Shown here: in pieces, positions 9,451 through 16,672 of the stretch
Layout of the letters: the number at the start of each line of letters is the position of its first letter
How positions within the stretch are numbered: the stretch's first letter is position 1
Assembly (NCBI GenBank): GCA_964363205.1
Contig: CAYIHD010000004.1
Location: forward strand, 1 to 43,811
Length of the DNA: 43,811 nucleotides
Direction of reading: 5' to 3'
Origin: an uncultured Candidatus Saccharibacteria bacterium
GTDB taxonomy: Bacteria > Patescibacteriota > Minisyncoccia > Phycocordibacterales > SBAW01
Notes under the pieces: model-generated
Database searches by the model: none
The model's input: only the letters and a program-made list of their open reading frames with translations
What the model was told of the DNA's origin: nothing
Program-made: the position numbers and the translations under genes

Positions 9451-9478
9451 ATTGTACAAGAAATATAAATAATTGCAA
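9451..9478 (-). promoter_or_regulatory. Candidate sigma70-type promoter dedicated to the patatin-like gene
   Basis: The minus strand reads TTGCAA (9478..9473), a 16-nt AT-rich spacer, then TACAAT (9456..9451). It lies between an upstream terminator and the SD GGGGGAG before the ATG at 9410. Confidence 0.6.
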
Positions 9479-9490
9479 GTTGGTGTGCGG

Positions 9491-9525
9491 GTAAAGAAAA
9501 AGGGCGCCTCTTGGAAGAGGCGCCC
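9491..9525 (-). terminator. Intrinsic terminator after the 567-aa membrane protein gene
   Basis: Stem GGGCGCCTCTT (9502..9512) pairs with AAGAGGCGCCC (9515..9525). On the minus strand it is followed by TTTTTCTTTAC. Confidence 0.85.
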
Positions 9526-9573
9526 GGCTGTTTGCTGTTGAACGAAAGAACTATCTGCGGTAACCTCGCACTT

Positions 9574-11277
9574 TCAGGGCTTCTCGGTCCACAGCGGACC
9601 GAGTTCCTTGCGCAGCTGCTCCGGCCAGTCTTTCGGGTTGTCGCTGTTGACCCACACCGATTTGTTTTTTCGCGCGTCGGTGATGACAATATCCGGACTG
9701 CCGGTAATGAATCCTTTCGGATCCTTGTTGTCGTACTTCTTTTTGTCGATTGTGACGACCGCTGTCAGCCACATGCGTCGTGTTTTGACGGAGCCCTCGG
9801 AGTCCGGAATGTCCTTGATGTAAGGTCGGTGCTCGTTCGGCAGATTGGTCGACCAATCGTAGTTCCGTCTTGACGACCGTACCCATCCCGGCACCGCGGT
9901 GACGCCCGTAAGCGACTCCCGCTCGCCGAAAAATTGGAATACGTAGGACGGCCCGATGCTGTCCGCAGGATGCAGAAACTCGGCCACATGACCCTGGTGT
10001 GCAGAGTCGTATGGCTCGAGCGCCACATACTGGAAGAGCTTCGAGGCCACTACCTTGCCCTCGTCGTTCCGGATATGGAAGAAGAGAGTAAAAGGCTGTT
10101 CGTTCTGGTCGTCGGGCATGTCCGCGATGCGGATGTCGCCCTCTCTTCGCAACCAAGTCGGCGCCAAGAATCCGTTTCTAAAGCGCAGGCTTGCCGCCAT
10201 ATAGCGGGTCACTTCGAAGGGTACTAAGTTTTGACCCACGAGGTACGGATGTGAGGCGATTTGATCGGGACCGATCCAAGTGCCGCAACCCCAGAAGACC
10301 CTTTTGAGAGTCTCGAGGCGCTCACCCAACCAGGACCGCTCAGGCGTCTCATCGATGACCATGACGCCGCCGAACTCCGGCCGGGGGAACGCCCAGCCCG
10401 CCCGGCGGATGATAGGCACCACTTGCACCATCTTCCCCGCATCGTTCTTGAGGTACATGGTAGTGCGGGTGACTTCGTGCGAAAAGGCGTTCCAGAACCA
10501 GAAACGCCTCTGCACGCAGGTGTAGATGTTGCGGGAGAACTTAAGCGTCTCGCCCGTTGCAAAGCGGGCGTTTCTGCCGCGACCCAGTTCGAACGAGGTG
10601 ATGTCGGCGTGTATCCTGACCACCTCCTCGACCGGGTCCCAGTACTGCAGCAACCACGTCGTGGGTTCGATGCCCATCGTCCAGTAGTATTCGCTGCCCT
10701 CGCGCACGAGATGAGCCTTTGTCGGCGTTTCGGTATCACGCATCTGCCGGCGGACGAAAGTTTGGATTCCGTCCAGCGACCAGATGCGCTCATGGTCGGT
10801 CAAAGGGTCGACCTTCGGCTCGACTGTATTCAGCGTTTGAAAGCGCCAGTACTGCGAGAAGAAGGTATGAAGCGGCTCTGCGTAACCGGCTCCGAACAGC
10901 AGGAGCACCAGCCCGAGCACCGCTCCGGCCGGCCGCAAGTAGCGCACCAGCGTCTTCGACGACGGGAACAGCCACCCGACAAGGGCGCCTACCCCGAACC
11001 AGCCGCCCACTGTCAGAGCGAGGGCCAGTACGATAGCTCCGGCATAGATGCGCGGAACGAAGAAGACATATGGCTCCCACAGGTAGCGGAAGATGTAGAT
11101 GCAGACGATAGCAGTCGGTATGAGTATTGCGACGGCAAGCCGCAGACCCCAATGCCACTCCCGCCAAGATTTGCTCCGCAGAAATTCCACAAAGTCGTCC
11201 CAGAGGCTTTTTAGAAAGACCTCGAAGGACGGCTTGTGCAATTCCCAGTTGGTCATTTCGATTGGAACACGATTCAC
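9574..11277 (-). CDS. Polytopic membrane protein with a large soluble domain; function unknown
   Basis: 567 aa. About 4 N-terminal TM helices (LRLAVAILIPTAIVCIYIF; IYAGAIVLALALTVGGWFGVGALVGWLF; AVLGLVLLLFGAGY) are followed by a Trp/Arg-rich domain of about 420 aa. The GTG start forms a GTGA overlap with the upstream stop and is preceded by GGGAGA. Confidence 0.8.
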   Translation of the reverse strand: MNRVPIEMTNWELHKPSFEVFLKSLWDDFVEFLRSKSWREWHWGLRLAVAILIPTAIVCIYIFRYLWEPYVFFVPRIYAGAIVLALALTVGGWFGVGALVGWLFPSSKTLVRYLRPAGAVLGLVLLLFGAGYAEPLHTFFSQYWRFQTLNTVEPKVDPLTDHERIWSLDGIQTFVRRQMRDTETPTKAHLVREGSEYYWTMGIEPTTWLLQYWDPVEEVVRIHADITSFELGRGRNARFATGETLKFSRNIYTCVQRRFWFWNAFSHEVTRTTMYLKNDAGKMVQVVPIIRRAGWAFPRPEFGGVMVIDETPERSWLGERLETLKRVFWGCGTWIGPDQIASHPYLVGQNLVPFEVTRYMAASLRFRNGFLAPTWLRREGDIRIADMPDDQNEQPFTLFFHIRNDEGKVVASKLFQYVALEPYDSAHQGHVAEFLHPADSIGPSYVFQFFGERESLTGVTAVPGWVRSSRRNYDWSTNLPNEHRPYIKDIPDSEGSVKTRRMWLTAVVTIDKKKYDNKDPKGFITGSPDIVITDARKNKSVWVNSDNPKDWPEQLRKELGPLWTEKP

Positions 11278-11885
11278 GGCTTTCTCCCTTCGGCGAAGCG
11301 TTGCAGCACCGCTTTTGCGCTCATGTCCTCAGCAAGCTTTTGAGGCGGCTGAGGGACTTCGGGCGCGGACGGCTGAGGCTGCACGGCAGGTTTTGTTGCA
11401 GGGATGAAGTTTCGGAACTTTGAAGGAAGGTCAAGCGCCCATGAGAACAGGTTTTTGACGGTTTCCTCCCGGTGGTCGATGGCATCGAAGATTTTGTCCT
11501 GTCTCTTGATGACGTGGACAAAAATCTTGTCCCCGAGCCACAGGCCCGGAATCAGGAACCATCCCTCGAGAAAGAGGGTGGGAACTTCAGCAACAATCTC
11601 CCAACTCGAGTAGTTGCCAAAGGAGACTGCCAACACGCTTTGAATGGCCGACAGAAGCAAGGCACGGTTGTGCTGTTGCCGGAGACTGCGTCCATAGAAG
11701 AAGCCGATTTCGCGGTCAGCGTGCAGGCGTTGCTCGGGGGGAACTCCCCGGTTGTGATACCAACGGTACACCGGAACACCGATGTAGCGGTCCATAATCT
11801 CAAGAATCGCTCCCGCGACCATAAACGCCACCAGTAGCGGCGCCAGATAATTGATGAACCACGCACCGAAAGCTGTTATTAGCAT
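11274..11885 (-). CDS. Small membrane protein (about 3 TM) with a Pro-rich cytoplasmic tail; function unknown
   Basis: 203 aa. TM segments include APLLVAFMVAGAILEIM, LLLSAIQSVLAVSF and FLEGWFLIPGLWLG. The tail has PAVQPQPSAPEVPQPPQ. The SD AAGGAG lies 7 nt before the ATG. There is a 4-nt overlap with the next gene. Confidence 0.8.
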   Translation of the reverse strand: MLITAFGAWFINYLAPLLVAFMVAGAILEIMDRYIGVPVYRWYHNRGVPPEQRLHADREIGFFYGRSLRQQHNRALLLSAIQSVLAVSFGNYSSWEIVAEVPTLFLEGWFLIPGLWLGDKIFVHVIKRQDKIFDAIDHREETVKNLFSWALDLPSKFRNFIPATKPAVQPQPSAPEVPQPPQKLAEDMSAKAVLQRFAEGRKP

Positions 11886-11970
11886 TGCATTTCTCCTTGT
11901 GAGAGTTAGATATTTTGAAGAGCGGTAAGCCTTTTCAGGCTCGCAGGTCTGTATTAACTATACCATATAA

Positions 11971-12002
11971 TAAAAAAACATGGAAGGGGGTCCCTTCCAT
12001 GT
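11971..12002 (-). terminator. Intrinsic terminator after the 429-aa gene
   Basis: An 11-bp stem: ACATGGAAGGG (11978..11988) pairs with CCCTTCCATGT (11992..12002). On the minus strand it is followed by TTTTTTTATT, then a TATAGT -10-like box (11962..11957). Confidence 0.85.
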
Positions 12003-12018
12003 TTAGAGTTTAGGCGGT

Positions 12019-13308
12019 TTAAGGTTCGGCGCTCATTTCGGGCTGATAGTTTTCCGAAACGAACGTAGAAACCCACTGTTTTTTCGCGGGAGTCCATCCT
12101 TCAAAGAGTTTGAAGAACCGTTCCTTGTCGTGTTTGTAGAGCAGCAGCGGGTCCGGAGGGCTCTCCTGCAACCGCAGGAGCAGCATCCAGAGGACATCTT
12201 GGTACCGCTGGCTGAGCAATTTTTGGTTAGGCCGCAGGAGCAGCAAACCGAGCCCTTCGGAAACCTCCGGGATCGCCTTGCCTGACACCTTGCTGGTGAG
12301 CGAACGCTTAAAGCGCTGGAGCTCGGAGAGCAGTTCGATATCGTTCTTGCGGCCGACGAGGATCCTGCTGCGTTTGCCCTTGCTCATTTCGGCAAAGTCG
12401 CAGTCTGGCTCGAAAGAACAGACGGCCTCCATGATGAGGTAGTTCTCGAGTTGTTCGAGCCACGCCAGCAGGTCCGTATTATTTTTGTATGCCTTCAGGT
12501 CGAGTTCGACGAGATCTTCGTCGATAAGATACTCGATGATCCGACGGCGCTCATTCAGCGCGAACACCCGGTAACGCTCCCCTTTCTCCGGTTGGATTTT
12601 AGGGAGCCAGGCTTCGTCCTCGACGATGAGGATGCTGTCCGCGCCTGCGCGCAGCACGAAGACCATCTTGCCCTCGAACCGCGCCCAAAAGTCGCCGATG
12701 AGCGAGAACTTCCAGTCGGGAAACTCGCATCGGCGCCGGCGCAGGTCGCCGTACTCGGCGGCACTGACGATGATCCTGGTACGTAGCGACTTGTTGAACC
12801 ATTTCAGTCCGGGCGACTCAAAGTCCGCCGCGAGCTGTTTTTGTTCGGCGACATCTTCCACAAGTTTTCCCGCCGACGAGTGCACCAGGACTTCGTCCAT
12901 AAAGACAAAGTCCTTCGGCGTGTCGTTGGTCAGGGTGTCGTAGATGAACTCTTGCACCACGCACGAGGAAGTGGTGGTGTCGATAATCGGACGCTTAAAG
13001 CGGTCAAAATATTGCCGCTCCAAGCGCCGCTTGAACGAGAACATGGGGATATGAATCGGCTTGCCCTCCTGTTCGGGAGTGGCGATGATGCCGAACCGGG
13101 TTGCCCCGGCTCCCATATAGTGCGGGTCGCCGCGTTCAGTGGCGATATCCGGGCTCCAACCCACGCCGTCGATGCCGAACGACTTGTGGTCAGTCGGTTC
13201 GATGCCGAGGCTTCCGAGAGCCTCGTTGAACATCGCGACGCCGCGTGGCGTGTTGATGGTAACAAGGCCCCGGCCGAACAGGCCGGACTTAATGAGCATA
13301 GGGTCCAT
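12019..13308 (-). CDS. Hypothetical protein (orphan); last gene of the AAA+ operon
   Basis: 429 aa with SD CAGGAG before the ATG at 13308. It is the long uninterrupted ORF in this stretch, and the opposite-strand ORFs over it (12451..12786, 12626..12943, 12841..13311) are much shorter. I recognise no catalytic motif. Confidence 0.8.
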   Translation of the reverse strand: MDPMLIKSGLFGRGLVTINTPRGVAMFNEALGSLGIEPTDHKSFGIDGVGWSPDIATERGDPHYMGAGATRFGIIATPEQEGKPIHIPMFSFKRRLERQYFDRFKRPIIDTTTSSCVVQEFIYDTLTNDTPKDFVFMDEVLVHSSAGKLVEDVAEQKQLAADFESPGLKWFNKSLRTRIIVSAAEYGDLRRRRCEFPDWKFSLIGDFWARFEGKMVFVLRAGADSILIVEDEAWLPKIQPEKGERYRVFALNERRRIIEYLIDEDLVELDLKAYKNNTDLLAWLEQLENYLIMEAVCSFEPDCDFAEMSKGKRSRILVGRKNDIELLSELQRFKRSLTSKVSGKAIPEVSEGLGLLLLRPNQKLLSQRYQDVLWMLLLRLQESPPDPLLLYKHDKERFFKLFEGWTPAKKQWVSTFVSENYQPEMSAEP

Positions 13309-13331
13309 TAGGAACTCCTGTTGGATTGGGC

Positions 13332-13353
13332 GGGGGGGGGGGGGGGGGGGGGG
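13332..13353. repeat. G22 homopolymer (C22 on the coding strand) in the AAA+/429-aa intergenic spacer
   Basis: I counted 22 consecutive G at 13332..13353 directly from the sequence. They are followed by TTTCCG and then C7 (13360..13366), which can pair with part of the G run. Confidence 0.95.
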
Positions 13354-13389
13354 TTTCCGCCCCCCCGGCCGGTTTTTTTGCCGGGCGGA

Positions 13390-15411
13390 TTATGCCGCCT
13401 CGGCTTCTTCAGGTGTCTTTACGCGTCCGGTGCTAATAAGAAGCTGTTTTGCTTCCCTCCTGGCATCGAACTGCTTGACCAAGCCGTCGCGGAGTTCCGT
13501 AACCTCGCGTTGTCGTGCGTTCTCCGGGATGGAGAGCAAGACGTTGAGGTAACGAACAGTCTCTTGCAACCGGCACGACTTCATGGAGAGCCCCTGAAGG
13601 GCATCCTTTTGTCGAGCCAACAGCATTTTGACCTTTTCATCGAACGGCTTGTCGGTGAAAGCTTCGCGCTTCTCCAGCCACTGCGGGTCGACGTCGAAGT
13701 CAGTCCGCCGCGCGTTAATCGCCACCTGGACGTTTCGAACATCCCGTGATGAGAACGATGTGGGGAATGCTTGCTTAACCTTGGCATAGACCTGCGCATA
13801 GAACATGTGCTCGTCCTCGCGGAAGGTCTTGCGGACCTCCTCGAAGATTTTACGCAAGGTTCCTTCGCGCGGCTCGATAGGCTCTTTGGCGTACAACGCC
13901 GAGAGACTCACCATCTTGCCCTGCGTCGTCATGTAGACATGCTTCGGAGGGTCTTGCATATCGTCGAAGGTAGAATCTTGCTTGGCGATGTCTTGCCGCC
14001 AAATCCAGTCCTGGTCGAGAAAGTCCTCGACCGTGACCGCGCCTTCGATGTCGTACTTGTCTTGGATACGGCTCATCACCGGCTGGTAGATCTTCTCCGG
14101 CAGGTTTGTCAGCAAACGCAGGAGCCAATTGAGCTCCCGTGACGCTGTTGCGCCTTCGGAGAATGTCAGAAACACACTGATGATTCCCTCCGTGGACTCT
14201 GCCGAGCGGTTGCCCTCGATCGATTTGAGGACTCCCTCGACATCGTCCATGACGCCGTAGATGATACGACTCGTGTCGGAAAAGCGTCGGGTCCACTCGA
14301 GCATCTGCTTGGAGGATTTGCCCTGGAATTCAGAGGCCATATCTTTGGGGAGCTCCCAATAGAGCGGCTTGAAGCCCAGGTTATCGCCAACGTGAGACAG
14401 CTCTGTGAACTCGGCGCCGGCCATCATGGTCTTGCCGGTGCCTGCCATCCCCTTGCCCATCGTGATGAGTGGCACTTTGCCGAACGCTGCGATGTAGGGA
14501 TTTTTCTTGACCTTGAGATCGAAGAGTGCAAGCCGGTGTATCGAGCGGAGCGCGTTATGCTTTGCCGCCCGGTTGCCCACAATCTCCTCGAACTTGACCG
14601 GATTAACCGTGACGCTTGCTTGAACATCCTGCACCACGGTCTCGAAGCCGTTGACCATAAAGTCCTCGGTCTCGAGTTTGTATATGGAACCCGTAAAGGG
14701 TTCCGTATACCGCAGTGCAGGCAGTTTGAGTTTGATCTCATCGATGATCCACTGCAGGTACAGCAGGGTCATCTTTACCGCCGCCGGCCCGCTTTGCACC
14801 AACCTTGTCTGGTCCGTTCGCTTCAGCTCGAGGAGCTTGGCGAGGTAAAAGACAAAGCATTGATACGCTTCGGGCGGTTGGAGGATCGAGATTTCCGGCA
14901 CGGCGCCCAACTCCATGGGCACCGCGCTTACTTCGTCGGACTTATAGCGCGCAAGGCGCCATATCCCGTAGGACGCCGCGACAAACAGTTGAACTGCCGC
15001 GGCGCTCTGATTTTTCTGCTGGCGTTCGGTCTGACGGTCGGGTGTAAGCCCGCCGTTTTTGATCTTAAGGAGTTCGTCCAGACCTACCTCTTTCTGGTAG
15101 ATCTCGGAGCGGTACATCCCTATGGTCATGGCCCTGCGCAGCACGTGGAGGATATGCAGACCATCCTCGTTGAAGAGCGTCGAGTCTTCGCCGACCGTCA
15201 TCACAGTGTTCCCCAGTATGACTGACTGGACAGACTGCGCGAAGCCGGTGTCGGTCGTTCGTTCTTCGTCCGGGCTTATTTCCTTTTTAACCGCGGCAAC
15301 GAATCGCCGCCCCGGAGTCCATTTGGTGGTCATCATGAGGGATCGCGCCGCCGACTCCTGGAAGCGGAGAAGATCCTTTTCCGGAATGGGCAGCGCGTTA
15401 GCGGACTTCAT
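13390..15411 (-). CDS. Classical-clade AAA+ ATPase with large N- and C-terminal extensions
   Basis: Walker A is GKGMAGTGKT. The post-Walker-A segment ASEFQGKSSKQMLEWTRRF resembles classic AAA y.GesE..vr.lF. Walker B is RIIYGVMDDVE, sensor-1 is LLTNLPE, and an Arg sits in PVMSRIQDKYDI. I chose the ATG at 15411 (MKSANALP) because AAGGAG lies 7 nt upstream. The track start at 15480 would overlap the upstream gene by 83 nt. Confidence 0.85.
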   Translation of the reverse strand: MKSANALPIPEKDLLRFQESAARSLMMTTKWTPGRRFVAAVKKEISPDEERTTDTGFAQSVQSVILGNTVMTVGEDSTLFNEDGLHILHVLRRAMTIGMYRSEIYQKEVGLDELLKIKNGGLTPDRQTERQQKNQSAAAVQLFVAASYGIWRLARYKSDEVSAVPMELGAVPEISILQPPEAYQCFVFYLAKLLELKRTDQTRLVQSGPAAVKMTLLYLQWIIDEIKLKLPALRYTEPFTGSIYKLETEDFMVNGFETVVQDVQASVTVNPVKFEEIVGNRAAKHNALRSIHRLALFDLKVKKNPYIAAFGKVPLITMGKGMAGTGKTMMAGAEFTELSHVGDNLGFKPLYWELPKDMASEFQGKSSKQMLEWTRRFSDTSRIIYGVMDDVEGVLKSIEGNRSAESTEGIISVFLTFSEGATASRELNWLLRLLTNLPEKIYQPVMSRIQDKYDIEGAVTVEDFLDQDWIWRQDIAKQDSTFDDMQDPPKHVYMTTQGKMVSLSALYAKEPIEPREGTLRKIFEEVRKTFREDEHMFYAQVYAKVKQAFPTSFSSRDVRNVQVAINARRTDFDVDPQWLEKREAFTDKPFDEKVKMLLARQKDALQGLSMKSCRLQETVRYLNVLLSIPENARQREVTELRDGLVKQFDARREAKQLLISTGRVKTPEEAEAA

Positions 15412-16561
15412 TGACCTTCTCCTTGTGGTCGTAGCTGAACTTGATGCGCCGGACGTAGTGCGGTATATGCCGCTCTTCATCCGGTGTTATTTCCTGATAG
15501 AGACGATGCGGCATCAGGATGTAACGGGTGATGTCGATGTCGTTGTCGAGCAGGGGGACAAAGAAGACCTCTTGCACGACTGACTTGAAGAGATACTTCT
15601 TGCGGGTGACCTGCTCTTTGGAGTATGTCATCTCCTCGGAGAACGTCATCTCGAAGTCATCCTGCTCCGCCGCCCGGTCGAACAACTCTTTAAAGGCCGC
15701 TTCAGCCTCCGAGAGCCGCTCTTGCGGGCGGGCGTTGATGAGGAAGGGCGAACGAATCGGCCCTATCCTCACCCGTTTGAGGATTTTTGGATGAATCGGA
15801 TCAAGCCGGTCATCGATCGACTTAGCCAAGAGATGTAATTTGTCGGGCACATGAGACCCTTCATCCTTGATTACGTTGAGGAATTCGGCGAGGTTGTCAC
15901 CGCACTTCTCGAACGCGTCTTCCGTTTCGTCTTGCGTCAGGAACATGAGGTGCACGAAGAGGCAGTTGTGAGCGACGCTGTACGTCCCCCAACTGAAGAG
16001 ATACCCCCGCACCCCCTCTTCCTTAACGGTCCAAGGGATCAGTTGTCCCGGCGTATACGGCAGAAGCAGCTTGTCTTGATCAAGCAGCTCCAGATATGTG
16101 CGTCTGGCCAATTCGCGCAGCATGACATTTGGCTCGCGCTGCTTCTCGATCATGTGGTCGAGAATAAGCTTTTTGAGCTGCTCTTCGCTAGAGCGCATCT
16201 CAGCCAGCGAAGCATCGCGATGCATAAGGTCGACGGCAAGGCCGTCGATATTGGTAAAGCTCGGAAAGCCGCTTTCTTCGAGGTCGATATTGAGCCCGTA
16301 GGCCGAGTCATCGCCGTTTGGGAAAGCAAACTTGATTTCCAGCAAAGATGCCGAAAAGAGGAGCTTCTGCACCATGTCGCCAATCACTTCGGCTTCGTAG
16401 ATGTTCTTATCCAGCTGGGGTGTACCATGCATAGCCAGGCATTTGAGTGCCATGGGCAACGCCCGGCGTATCAGCTTGAAGTAATGTGCAGACGCCTCAG
16501 TATTAGGAAGGGGCGCCGGCGGTTGTGTCTCAGGGTCGAGGTCTTTCATGCTCGTGTCCAT
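15398..16561 (-). CDS. Hypothetical protein (orphan), translationally coupled to the AAA+ ATPase
   Basis: 387 aa with SD AAGGAG 6 nt before the ATG at 16561. Its last 14 nt overlap the AAA+ start and contain the AAA+ gene's SD. I found no recognisable motif; the NGDDSAYGLNIDLEE stretch was inspected and is not a convincing NTase motif. Confidence 0.8.
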   Translation of the reverse strand: MDTSMKDLDPETQPPAPLPNTEASAHYFKLIRRALPMALKCLAMHGTPQLDKNIYEAEVIGDMVQKLLFSASLLEIKFAFPNGDDSAYGLNIDLEESGFPSFTNIDGLAVDLMHRDASLAEMRSSEEQLKKLILDHMIEKQREPNVMLRELARRTYLELLDQDKLLLPYTPGQLIPWTVKEEGVRGYLFSWGTYSVAHNCLFVHLMFLTQDETEDAFEKCGDNLAEFLNVIKDEGSHVPDKLHLLAKSIDDRLDPIHPKILKRVRIGPIRSPFLINARPQERLSEAEAAFKELFDRAAEQDDFEMTFSEEMTYSKEQVTRKKYLFKSVVQEVFFVPLLDNDIDITRYILMPHRLYQEITPDEERHIPHYVRRIKFSYDHKEKVNEVR

Positions 16562-16617
16562 GTCGGACTCCTTTTTTGGTTTCGGTTTTTCGTCGAAGCG
16601 TTAATACATCTAACGAA

Positions 16618-16656
16618 TGAGAAAAGAAAAAAGGGAGAAGCGCGAACGCCTCTCCC
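16618..16656 (-). terminator. Intrinsic terminator or attenuator between the coiled-coil gene and the rest of the operon
   Basis: On the minus strand, GGGAGAGGCG-TTCG-CGCTTCTCCC forms a 10-bp stem with one G.U pair, followed by TTTTTTCTTTTCTC. Confidence 0.8.
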
Positions 16657-16672
16657 TTATATTGCCGCCGTG

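Noticed and set aside
6451-11214. Several 235-317-aa + strand ORFs (6451..7227, 7573..8346, 8430..9203, 8434..9141, 10261..11214).
   Set aside because: Each lies wholly antisense to a better-supported minus-strand gene that has motifs, an SD or terminator context. Their Arg/Gly/Ala-rich composition is what GC-rich antisense frames produce.
13332-13353. The G22 tract as a G-quadruplex regulatory element.
   Set aside because: The transcribed strand carries C22, not G22, so an RNA quadruplex is excluded. A DNA-level G4 cannot be judged from sequence alone. Slippage or an artefact are the simpler readings, and it is kept as a finding on that basis.
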